Shown here piece by piece: positions 1-12,700 of a DNA stretch of 64,000 bases. Where the stretch lies: NCBI GenBank assembly GCA_051294905.1, contig CM119372.1, positions 33,852,001-33,916,000 of the forward strand, written 5' to 3'. Below the pieces are notes generated by a model that saw nothing but the letters and a program-made list of their open reading frames with translations, did not search any database and had not been told where the DNA came from. The DNA comes from Botryllus schlosseri. Lineage: Eukaryota. Every line of letters begins with the position of its first letter. Position 1 is the first letter of the stretch. The translations under genes and the position numbers were made by a program.

Positions 1-504
1 GAGATAGAGATAGAGAGAAAACAGTAATTTAGACTAAAATTAAATATAATTCAAACTAAAATTGAATAGAGAGAGACAGAGAGTTTAATTTCGGAATCAC
101 ATAACTGTATTAACGAAAAATAAATACATAATTTACTAAATGAGCAGAACCGTCATCAGAGTTGTCACGTATTGATGCCCATAATTTAACATGAAACCCG
201 AAATGAACACAAAGAGAAGAAAATAATGATTGGCAAATCCAGTTTGCGAGGTGCATTTAGTAGTGAGTTATTATTGTAACATGGGTGATCGAAGCAGCGA
301 TAGTTTTTGCAAAATGCGCAGATCGATTATTTAATGTAATGCAATCACAAGATTAAATACTGTATCGACTAATAAAATATAGAATTAAACATGCAGTTTC
401 TCAGCACAATATATAAACAAATAATTATTCCAGATGTGATAGGGTGTCTAAGTGAAATTAATGCAGTATATGTAGTAGCAGGTATAAGATGTCAGTGCAA
501 AATA

Positions 505-1323
505 CCCTATATTAATGCACACGATACCTAGTGACAAATCGGGACACATAATGCCACAATGCTGATGTACATATTGATGTTTTAAACGTCGCCAAATGTA
601 TCAAACGATATAGTCGTCCCATAAAATCAATATCTTCCGTCGCTTCGCCAACAATTTCGCAAGGGAATATAAGCTTACGCCTTAACGGTCTAGGCCCCAC
701 CCGAACAATGCATTTGACGTCTGAGTATTGCTACGCGTTGATATCGGGCAGAGTGTTAAACAGGTTTCTATATTTGCTACCGATATTACCGCCATTAACA
801 AGTTATACAGCAGTAGCCGGCACCCTGATAACACGGATTGGTTTCTATGATACAATAAACATATGAAATCAAGATTTGACTCCGTACGCCGGCTAGAATT
901 TTACATCAGACAACGATATCAATTTCATTGACTGGTTCAATAAGCAGCATTTTCTGACTACCTATACATGTAGTGTATTTCTCTCTTGATGTTGCGTGAT
1001 TGCGGGTCAAGCTCACAGCAGCGTCTCTAAATACCCACACGGAAAGCTGGATATTTCGTGTAAACTTTTGTAACAACGCTAGTAAAGTATTTGAGATTTT
1101 GAAGGTGCATGCTCTTTTAATGTTGATTTTTTTTAAATGCCGCCAGCGCCAAGCTTAGAGTGGCCCTCAGTTGAAATGCAATAAACTTTAACCAAAGATG
1201 TTATAATGAAGTGGAAATTGTAATATATGAAAAAGGTTCACAGTGCTTGTGAACGTGAACCACTAAATTTCTGAGGTTCACTCACAGAACGCGAACGTGA
1301 ACCTCACGTTCGCCTCATCCCTA
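505..1323 (+). mobile_element. 5'-truncated copy of the TAGGGATG-TIR hAT non-autonomous element
   Basis: Colinear, diverged copy of ~4279-5098; ends in GTTCGCCTCATCCCTA (3' TIR); no 5' TIR visible, so the start is approximate. Confidence 0.8.
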
Positions 1324-1729
1324 TTCGCAATTATGAGACAACGTGTCATCCAGCATGCGGCATTGTGTCTGTACTCGATGAAAGATCGTCGGCGATGGAA
1401 CCTTTGTTCAAAATGATAAACTCATGTTCTCTGAAATATTCGATATTGATATGTCCAAGCGCCGATTAATCATGTCCTGGTCAAATGAGCCCAGCGGTAT
1501 ACAGAAACGACGCGCAATATATGTACAACTATCACAATTATTAATCGAATTCATTCATTCATTCATTCATTCATTTTCGAAAAGTTTCGCGCTTGGCGCG
1601 GCTAGGACACGTAGACAGAGTTTTCATGACATGTTATCGATTTTTAGTCGTAGTAATATAAATCCTATTTTATCCGTTACCTAATGCGGCGTGCTTCTAT
1701 AGGACGACTAAAAAAAGGACATCAACATT

Positions 1730-1797
1730 CCAGTGGCCCGCGTAGTGGTTCGTAAATCTCATCTGACCCTTTAGCCAAAAAGGTTGGCCACCCTTGG
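1730..1797 (+). mobile_element. 3' end fragment of a Buster/Charlie-type hAT MITE
   Basis: GGCCCGCG subterminal motif followed by AAAAGGTTGGCCACCCTTG, similar to the CAGGGGTGGCCAA-type TIRs elsewhere in the window. Confidence 0.45.
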
Positions 1798-2383
1798 TAT
1801 ATGCAATAAACTCGGACTGAACTGTTTTTGATGTAGATATACGGTACTGCGGTAGGTCGTAATATTGTAACATAAAAATAGCAATAATTGAAATTTATTA
1901 TTTATTATCAACTTCCGATAGAAATTTCATGTCGCCGGAAGTCTAGATTTAATATGGATAGTAGGAATAAAATACGCATGTTTTATAGAAATAGGCGTAT
2001 TGGCGCCGGCGATTACCACGCATTCAGCAGGACTATATATGACTCTAACCACAGAATATCATTCTCAAACCGGAAAATAGGTCACGACCATAATAAAGGT
2101 TGAAACCCCCAGATTTAAAAGAAGGCAATATCCGGACGTATATAGGACGTCTTTCGGATCCACCCGACTGCGGCGTTTTCACAACATCAGTGCCGATCAC
2201 TGACCATGACCAGTTGTCCGCAAAATGATTTGGCGGAAGTTTGACACATTGTGGAAATAATATTTTCTTTTTAGGCGTAGAAGCACACAAATAATACGTT
2301 TCGCTAAGGATAGATTACTTGAAGACGCTCAGCTATATTACGATATCATAACTGGTGTCTGGTCAATATTTATGTTGTCTCCA

Positions 2384-5300
2384 CACTGTAAAAAATAAAA
2401 ACCTCGATTTACCGCGAAATGTTTGGAAGCACGGTAGCCAGACATTTCGTGGTAATCTAACATTACCGTCAGTCAATGCAAATTCAACTTACACTCGTCC
2501 GGTAATCTCACTTTACACGCCAGACTGTAATGTTACAGTCCCCTCCGGTATATCCAATCTACATGTTCTCCTGTACATTTGAGACCGAGACCGTCTACCT
2601 ACCCACCTAACTACCTACCTAAATCAGGATTACATACCAGCTTGTAAATTCACGTACATCCATACCTATCGCAAAGCAACCCGATGCTAAAATATCGCAA
2701 AATTTTCTTCACACTCCCAAAACGACATTGGAACAAACTGTATATTCATTCTTGATATCACGATGAAGTGGTAATCGATGGAAAAGTATTGCTGCTGGAG
2801 GTCTAATTCTTCTTTAGGAGACATGCAGTAACACGAGTGGTCGCAAGAAAAGGTGAATTAATTCCACCACCGGCCAAACTTCCAATTGTTTCTTTTTCTC
2901 TTCCTCATTCCTTCTGTGTAACTAGTATCTTGCAGTTCCACTAAAAAGAATTCATGAGTAAGTCGCTATATAAAGCAAAGTTCCTAACCTAGACATGACA
3001 TTATAAAGACTACTAAGACAAATAGGCTAACAAAAATATACGGTAACATGTTTTGAAGTACCGGTACTGGTACATTGTGTGATGAAGGCTCCGCCTTGTA
3101 CATGATATAGCAGAGATTCATGACTTACTTTATCTAATGTATTGAAGCAAAAGGTTCCTCATTTGAGGTGGCATGTGTGCCAAACAAATCCAGCAGTGGA
3201 TGAAAACATCTCTATGCCATGGCCCGATAATGACATAAACAAACCAACAGTTTCAACTCCTCCGCGACGGAGTATGTGGTGTCACAGGTCACTATATAAG
3301 TCGACTAATATCCCAAAATAGAACAGAGAATGCGGAGAATGAAATATTTCAATCATGAAATCAAAGTGGTGTGCACATTGCACAGTCGCAGATATCCACG
3401 GTAACAAATACTATGTAGTACTGTACCTTTTACGATGCGTATCCCATTCAGCGTTCCCAGGAATCTTCCACGATCGTGTCCAGCTGTCCACTTTCTTCAA
3501 GCACAACATGCTTCGCTCCACCCTTTGCTCAAATCTCAATAATGGCCAGACAACGATACGACACTCGAACGATTTCGAAATAAGTTGTATTCATCCGCTG
3601 ACAAGCCACCAATAATATTTGCTGGCCACGTTATAATGTTTGACTTAGGTTAGTTCTCTTTCATACAGAAACATTTATCATTACATATAGTTCCTTTCTT
3701 TTCCATCTAATTTCGTATAAATTGATATTTATCCCAAGTGTTGTTCACTACTTACTGTACTTACTAAACGAGACGCTACTTGTGATGTCACAGTTGTGCG
3801 TTGGCTGTTTACTACGAATCTCAGAAAACCAGTAACGCGTAACGGTAACCTATTGTAACCTATTACAGGTCGCCTTGTCCGCCATTAGCAAATGGTCAAC
3901 TGAGCATGCGGTGCTGATATTTCTAGTTTCCCGAACAATATTATACATCCTAAACTGATTTTCTAACTTATCAGCCCTATCCGTAACAACGAATGTAACC
4001 AGCGAGATCGGCCGTATAGCCATATAGCCCTATAATATAATATAATGGCTATGGCGTAACCACATTAGCTACGATTGTCAGTTGTTTCTTGTACCCTACT
4101 ATGTGCTATACTGAAATTGGTACTAGGTAGGGATGGTGTGAACCCCTGAAAGGTTCAGGTTCGTGTGAACGCGAACCTTTTTAAAAGGTTCTGTGTGAAC
4201 ACGAACGTGAACCTCATGACGTCACGTGACGTCATATTGCTAATTCCAACCCTATCTTTCAATGAAGTGATAGCCTATATTAATGTACACGATACCTAGC
4301 GACGACTTGGCCCACATAATGCAACAATTCTGAAGTACATATTGGCGTTTTAAACGTGTATCAACTGAGGCAATCAAAGGATATCATACTACCATAAAAT
4401 CAATATTTTTCGTCGCTTTGCCAACAATTTCGACGAGGACTTACCAGGGAATATACGCTTATCCCTTATCGGTCTAGGCCAGACCGGACAATGTATTCGG
4501 TGTCTGAGTATTGCTAAATTGATATTGATCAGAGTGTAAAATGGGTTTCTATATTTGCTACCGATATTACCTCATCAAGAAGTAGCCAACTCCTCAATCG
4601 CACAGATTTGGTTTTAATGATGCAGTAAAGATATGAAGTCCAGAGTGACCCCATACGCTTCTCGAATTTTTACATCAGAAAACGATATCAATCTTATTGA
4701 TTGGTTGAATAAGCATCCTTCGCTGACTACGTATTTCGCTCGTGATGTTGTGTGATTGCGAGTCAAGCTCACAGCAGAGAGTCACTGAATATTCACAAAC
4801 GGAAAACTGGATAATTCGAGCAAACTTTTGCAACAAAGCAAGTAAAACATTTGAGATTGTCAAGGTGCATGCTCGTTTAGTGTTGATTTTGAATGCTGCC
4901 AGCGCCATGCATGGAGTGGCCCGCAGTTAAAATGCAATAAATTTGAACCAATGATGTTATAATGAAGTGAAAATTGCAATATATGAAAAAGGTTCACAGT
5001 GCAGAACCTACCAAGGTTCTGTTGTGAACGCGAACCTCTAAATTTCCGAGGTTCACACACAGAACGCGAACGTGAACCTCACGTTCACACCATCCCTAGT
5101 ACTAGGGCCAACAATTTCCGTACGACAGACCCCAGTTTCGCGAACGAGGTTGAATCAAGTCAAATCACCACGAGAATGATATATCAGTAACATTCATTTC
5201 CACGTATAAATTGGCTGCAGCGATTATGAAGCTAATCAATCTTCCCAATAGCCTGGTAAACTGCAGTTACGAGTAACTGTCAGTAATTTTGCGAGGAACT

Positions 5301-5449
5301 TCTGGTAACTTGACTTCACAGCTAAACTAAGGTAATATCACATATTAAAATGTAAAATTACAAGCTACGCACAGTTATTGGCTGCGACCGGTAATTCGTT
5401 GTGAAATTTACAGAGATTTCCCAGTAAATCTACCAGATTTTTTACAGTG
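2384..5449. mobile_element. Probable non-autonomous CACTA/EnSpm element containing a nested hAT element
   Basis: CACTGTAAAAAAT at 2384 and ATTTTTTACAGTG ending at 5449; both ends flanked by CA (2-bp TSD); GGTAA/TTACC-rich subterminal regions. A 2-bp TSD could be chance. Confidence 0.6.
4128..5098 (+). mobile_element. Full-length non-autonomous hAT element (971 bp)
   Basis: TIRs TAGGGATGGTGTGAAC / GTTCACACCATCCCTA; perfect 8-bp TSD GTACTAGG (4120-4127, 5099-5106); GTGAAC/GGTTCA subterminal repeats. Confidence 0.92.
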
Positions 5450-6770
5450 CACGCTCCACTGGCGAACAACTGAGTAATTCTCAGTTGCCCCCAATGACAC
5501 AGGAATCCGATGGATATCGCCTTTAATGTTTACGCGCATACGGTTCACCAGATAGCACTAGTCACTACTCGTATACAAAGAGCATGTCGATTTAACATTC
5601 ACGGTCAGTTTGAAAGCGTCGTGGTTAGTAGGCCTATATGACTCCGATCCCCCAGTGAAACAGCAACTTCACAAGTTAACATGGCGTATACTGGTAGGAC
5701 TCTATAGGACCGTCTCACGAATTCCTATGAGAGCAACGAACCGGTTAGCATTGCTGGCTATAATTTTTTGTAACAGAGCCGGCTGGAAATATGACATTGA
5801 TGACTGCTGAGAACATACTAGAATCCGACCACAGCATATTATAGCCTTTGCAGTGCGCCAATTCTGCACCAGGCTACCGGGAACTGTACGTAGGCTACAT
5901 ATACAGACACACGACTGACTCACGAAAATATTCAATAACAGGTCGTGTCAAACTCATAGTAAATAGTTAGGGTTTCTCTATCATAGTCAAGTTTACTAAT
6001 TGATGATCATCAAAACACGGTACATGCGCAGATAAGGTGACTCATATCAGCGAATGGAGCACAACACAAGTATACTTTTCGTGACTCAAGTGTTCGTTGC
6101 AAAACATTTATACAGCTAGAAAGAGAAGTTCGTTTTCGACATAGTAGACTAACTCCAGATCGCACCGAGTTTTGGCCGAACTCGGGTAGGTTTGCCAATG
6201 CCATTTGTAGATAGTCGTGAGAAAAATCTTGGTATGCACAGAAACCTCGTAGATGGTACCATAAGTCGGATTTAAGATTATTGTCGGAGTTCGGAGAGCG
6301 GTTAATACGGTATGGATGTTGATTTATGTACTAATTCGAGAAGAAAGGCTGGGATCTTGTCAAAAATCGCTATTGGTGTTATAGATGCAAGCATCGTGCT
6401 ACCTAAAAGAGATTGGATATATACTAGTGTGTTGAATAAGTTGCAGGTTGATGGCAGTATCTTCAGCATACAGCAAAATTCTATAATAACGAGGTCCGGA
6501 GTCATACATGTTCTGTAACTAAAGCTTGCGATATGGTCATTCAACTAAGATATTTCAGTGGTTGGCATTACTTACAGCGACATATAGCCTATCTTCGATT
6601 TCCCTGTTATGTTTGATCGTCATGATAGCAATAAACATACACAATTATACATAGATTTGAAGAATGCTGGGCGAATTCGTTCGTCAAAGTCACGATCCTA
6701 TTACGTTTATGATTTCTCTTTCGTGTTTGTTCTCCAGGATACAATTAAACATTTAAAATAGATTTCAAGA

Positions 6771-9700
6771 ATGCTGGACGAATTCGTCAAGGTCACACTC
6801 ATGGTATTTTACTTACAAGGTAAGTCATCAAACAGTTGATGATTAGAAATTGTCGATATGAAAAGTTTCGGTTTCATGGAGCCTAATTATGATTGTATTA
6901 TAGACAAAAAATAATTCAATTTGTAAAGTCTCGACGAATGTCTGGTACTAATATTGGGCAATTCTGTACTGCGTTTTCTGGGGTGCATCAGGTATGATTC
7001 GCGAAATTATACAGTACACCGTTATTGCGAGATTTAAATCGAAATAAGAAAATAGAATACTCGAAATCCCTGCTAATTATGTAAACGAAATACCTCATTC
7101 GAATTGGACGACATCTATATTGATTCGTCGCAATTTAAAATTGGTGATTCATCTATTTGTTACTTTTAATCATAGGAATGGGCAGTAGGCCGTTCCTATG
7201 CTAAAGTATCCGAACATGTTCAATATACGACATGAATGTGGACCAATATAATTGATTTGATGATCGCCGACAGACTACAGGCTTCTTTTATCCGTGAGAC
7301 ATGACGCTTAAATGCGCTTATCCGACAAAATATGATATTGGAAAGCGGTATGGTCAGCGGGTCTAAAGGGTACGACTCTCTAAATACGATGTTCTCTCAA
7401 AGTACGGTAGAAATTGTGAAAACAATTTGCTATCAGTTACGGATTTCAGAAAGCCACCGTCTTCGAACAGCAGCTACAAGATTTTCGCGAAATGTAAAAC
7501 TTTGTGACTCTTGATATAAGTTTCGCGGTTTTTGCCCGGGGATACGCAGCCAGACGTCCGCTAATGTCAGTAATAAAATCTAAACAATTGGTTTTATGTT
7601 CTTGTTTGCAGACTGAAGAACACCTATTATTACCCAAAAAAAACATGAACAATTTTCAATAAACGTTCAGACTATGTTGATGATGCTGCTGTTGTTGGCG
7701 ATGACGGTAGTGTTCGGTTTCGAGATTTATGAGTAGTGTACATCAGACCTTTATTCCTATTTAATAATCCTGAGATGCCAACACATGGCACGAAACACTT
7801 TAGTCCTAAGCTTTTGAAGACACTTCTTACCGGTATCAAGTGGCGATGAGGTGCCCAGAAACTCGAGACCACCGTATTCCGTGTGTCTAAATATACTTGG
7901 GACTACCGTATTTGGCAATATTGCAGGCGTGGTGGCGTCAATGCCAGAGACCATCTCATGCTCCAACGCGGACGATTGCTCGAAATCGACAACAACAGGG
8001 AAACAATTCTGCTGCGGCACTTGCGAGCAAGGCTTTTGCTGCGGGAACGAAACTTTGGTGATCGACAGAACCGAATGCAAAGCGAATGCTCCAGACGACG
8101 GTGGGATCAACAGGTAACTTGCGTTTAGGATATCACCAGGACCGAGACAGCACTTCGTTAGCACCCCTCCAAAAAACGTTGGACTTGGTCCCTATCGTGA
8201 CCTCTCGAGAAAATCCCTCCTGATATACACACGGTTTTCTAGGCTTTTATTGACTAAAAGTTTAGACTAAACTACAAAGAATATAAACGTTAAAATACAA
8301 GGTAAATCAGGAAACACATGCTATACTCTCGAAACGCCCTACACCAGAATGATAAACTAACCGAAGGACAAACGGACAAAATAATAACGAAAGGAAATGA
8401 CGCAAAGCTAGACACCTAGTGGATACATAAAACATCACATCCCCCATTGTGTGATTAACCAAACTTCGCCCCCAGACCTCCCATCTTCCTTTACGTTTTA
8501 CCGGTACGTATTAGCGAGTTTTGTTTCACTGTTTACTGTGTAGGCTTTTATCGCCTAAACGCGCTAAGCGCGAAAATTTTATATAATTCATGATTGAATC
8601 GGTCAATATCATAACGTTTTCTCGCGGCCGATCGTTCTATGGCATACTTCTCGGAGTTACAGGGCCTAAACGCTTCATATGTCTTGGTGCGTCGTGGCGC
8701 GGTAATGGCTGACGCAGAAATGTCCATTTTCATAAATCAGACGTGTTTTTCTTAAGGAAAGGGTACTCAACAATCAAGATATTCGGCAACATTGAATTGA
8801 AGAAGTTGCATAAATTTCCCATATATTCATATTGAAATGAACCCGAATATTTCCCGCTGACACTCGATGTTCTTTTCCAATGCTCTACTAGTTGCTGACG
8901 ATTACCCCTGTCGAGTGTCAGCCGAAAATATTCGGGTTCATTTCAATGTGGATATACTTTTCAATTGCATATTGAAGTTCTGTAAATCCCCAAGAAGCTC
9001 TTTTATAATTTATGTTAATGCACAAAATAATTTGGGGCCCCTTCGAGCTCGCTCCCTCTCAATTGGGGGTTTGGAATGCGGCAGTTACGGTCCTGGATAT
9101 CACCAACGACGTCCAGGTTGCATGCTTCGTAATACGGAGTCCAAACTACGAACTTCTTATTCTTTGAATTACATAGAGTATAAATTAGTTTCGGAATATG
9201 CCTGGATCACTTATACGGGTGAAGTTGTGAAGACTTGGATGGCACAGTCTCAGTATCACCACTACAGATATGTTTTCGAAAATTGAGTGTGTAATCTGTG
9301 GTGTCATAGATCATTTTACATTAGTTGCGAAGATGCACCACGTAGTTTCGAAACTTGCCACCAACTATTAACTCCAAAAAGTATGCGACGCATCTACCTA
9401 ATCCGCTTTTAGAAATTTCTCCCTTAATGACCATTTAGATCTTCATTTTCTATTTGTACTTGACGAAGTGTTGACATATCTTTGCAAGTGCTAATTTTAC
9501 TTGTGAGTAAGTAAAAATTAACAACGATACTTTTACTTGATTATAGTAAGCGTTACTTATACCATCTCGGCATATTTGACGTAATTGAGGCTAAACATGT
9601 TTTTCCAAGCCTCATCAATGTACGCATAGGATATAGTCTGATCCCCGATTGTCCACTACCTCAGTTAATTTGAACTCCCGCTATTGCTTCGTTTTAACTT

Positions 9701-12700
9701 GCTTTTTTCGTATAATTCGCTGTTGTTGTGGTGATGATGGCGCGTCAAGATCAGTGGTCACTTAAGTCATCTTGCTATTTCGTTTCTTTGATTTCCTAGC
9801 TGATACCGTTTCGTTCTAGGAGGCTTTTATAACATCCCGACTATAAGGATCGGATGGCGATAGATAAACGTTCAACACTCGACGAGGGATTCCGGGGTCG
9901 TATTGCAAGTGAAGCTATTACCAATGGGTATACAGATGCGATTTTGTCCGAGTTTTAGGATTTGTTGGTCTCTTGTGAGGCATGAAGCGGCTATAGTATT
10001 CGCTATACTTCAGACCTCGCTTTATGCTATGCGGGGCGCGCGGTCACGAAACGCCTTATTGTACGAAGTGACCTAATTCAAGTGCAAAATATGGCGCTCA
10101 AAGATTTCGAATTTGATCACGTTACCCTAACGACCTAAACAGCAGTTGATCAAAAGTTTGGAGGGGACCCGATTTGAAGTTGTCCGTGTATCGCCACGTT
10201 TGATACAAATAGCACATTCCTGCGTAGTAGGCGATACCGATCTCATACAGCACATCGCCTCGGGTTTCATTTTGAATAATAACGTTTCGGAGCCCGTTAT
10301 CAATACCGCGCGGCAACTCTGATATATGATAATTTGTATTATGCAAATAAACTGATGAATCTGCAAAACATCCCATGACTTGAAAGCAAAAACACTGGCC
10401 TAACTAAGGCGACAAAACACAGACATTCGGTCAAATTTAACGACGGTACATTTTCGTCAATCGGCAATGTTGTAGTGGCAAATCAATGTCTTTCATAACT
10501 AAATACTGATTGATTACGTCGTAGTTTTCCGCGACCCGATGACCTAGTCGCGTCTCCTCTTATTTCAGCTCTTGTTTATACATTACGCTCTCGTATTCGA
10601 AATTTGATGCTGGCGACGTCGTATTTTGTGATACGATTGTTGCTATACGATGGTCTTTTGAATTCTCTACTAGTTGCTGACGATTACCCCTGGGTTTATT
10701 TGAATATGAATATACCGTGTACTATGTGTCTCCAAGAAGCTGTTATACATTATGGTAAAGTTTTACCCATCTCAAACTTATGTCAATGCCTCCAGCTATA
10801 CCTCATCTCTGTCGAATAAACTAATGAGTCGAAATCCCCTCATGTAAATACATGTAATTGCTGTTACGCAAATATTTAGGCCGCCGTTGTTGTTTAAACA
10901 TAAATATTTGGTGTTGTGCTATAGCGAGAATATTGTAATATATCACTGTTGTCATAATAATTATAATATAGGTGAAAGGTTACAAGGTTTGGACATCATT
11001 CGTATATGTTTTAGGAGAACAAGAATTCAATCTTATAGATTCTTCACATATAGCAATACGGAAACAATCGAATTCCTATTGACCAGTCAAGTAAAACATG
11101 TTCGGTGGTTTCCGGATACAACGATAAAAAGAAAGTGGACATTCTAGTTGTTCAATTATGAGCATATGATCATCGATGTCCGTGGTTCTCACATTTTTGA
11201 GCTTGAGGACCAGTAAAATCTCAAAACACATTTGCGGGCCGGTCAACTTTCATGAAATAAAAATAAATCCAAAATGCTACTAATACCACAAATATAAGGC
11301 AAACAATTTGAACTTTCCTTTTATGTAAAATTTGCTGCTGTCATTTTCATATTACATCTGTTATGCGTGATATTATTGAGTTTTCTGAAAGGCAAAGTCC
11401 TGTCAAAACCACCAACTCGAACTTCACTATTCGTTTTCATTTGAAAAAAGTGAGACTTAGCGGCATGCTGTAGTCTATTACATTGCGTAATGTCACGTAA
11501 TGCACCTGGCCGACACTCTTTATTAAGATTCCGTATTTGCAAATTTTAGCACGGTCCACTTCCAGGCTTTTTAAAGGCACCGCTTCCGCAGATCAGGCGG
11601 GGTGGAGCGTGTAGCCTATATAATGTTGGAAGTATACCATGAACTCTATATCCCGTCAGAATAAGTCCCTAATTAAGTTCTAAATTTCTACATTAGTTTA
11701 AAATTAGGTGCTGAATTTCTCTAATTAATGGACAAACCGTTAAACTCTTTGATTTTGCAATTAAGAATAAAATTTAAATATGCTTTGTGGACCAGCAGTT
11801 GAGAGCCTCTGATTTAGGCGACAGCGACAGGACTGCAAACAAAAATATATTGCAAATATATTATGAGCAGATGTTTCAAATATATGTAGTGTCGAATATG
11901 TATTTCGACTACATTCCGCAAATACATTGCCATATTAACTGAACATAACTGGCCGGATTCCTGATAGCGAATAACTTACGTTACAGCTCCGCAAAAATGC
12001 TCGGCGTTATCATTGGAGGAATGGTTATATCGTTTACGGGGGCCATGGTGGTACATGGGCTGATCAGGAAGCTGTTACGAAGGAGAAGGAAGCGGAGGAA
12101 TAGAGACGGTGAAAACGGTAGGGTGTACTTGGGCATACGAGGAGTGCCGTCATTCACCAGTTAGTAGGGATGGTGTGAACCTCTGAAAGGTTCAGGTTCG
12201 TGTGAACGCGAACCTTTTTGAAAGGTTCTGTGTGAAATCCATTTCATTGCTACTTGAAGAACAGTCGCCAAAATGACAACTTCAATGTTCTAGGGGTTTT
12301 CAATAAATTTGTAACGTCATAAGCTGATCGCAACGTAACTGGAGCATATAAGCGCACAATGTTGTATATACTGAATCCCCTAAATGGTTGCTTCTATAAT
12401 ATGGTATCTAATTGTAAGCTCACCAGAGGCTAGTGATTTCTATCTACCAGCATTTGCCTGTACAAGACTGTGTCAAATAGACAGTCCGGCACCTATTGTG
12501 CCCAAACTATTGATATAAAGATTACATCTTGTCTCGCCTCACAACGTGACATATCTTTCCAGGCGTTCCGATTTCTGAACCCGCCACATCAAACACCCAA
12601 GTAGGAATCGAATTGGAACTACCGTCATACGATCAAATTCACCTTTACAAGACTGTGGGCCACAGCGACTACATTGCGATAGAACCGGTGGACATGTCGT

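Noticed and set aside
6000-6560. Possible LINE endonuclease remnant (NRSPNSDNN...QDFSH) on the - strand
   Set aside because: Only two loose motifs amid stops; insufficient without a database search.
8885-8945. Hammerhead ribozyme in the Penelope tail (CTGACGA...CCGAAAATATTC)
   Set aside because: Core-like motifs and a palindromic stem III are present, but stem I does not pair (CTAGTTG vs GGGTTCA), stem II is poor, and a competing GCTGAC/GTCAGC hairpin forms. A covariance-model search would be needed.
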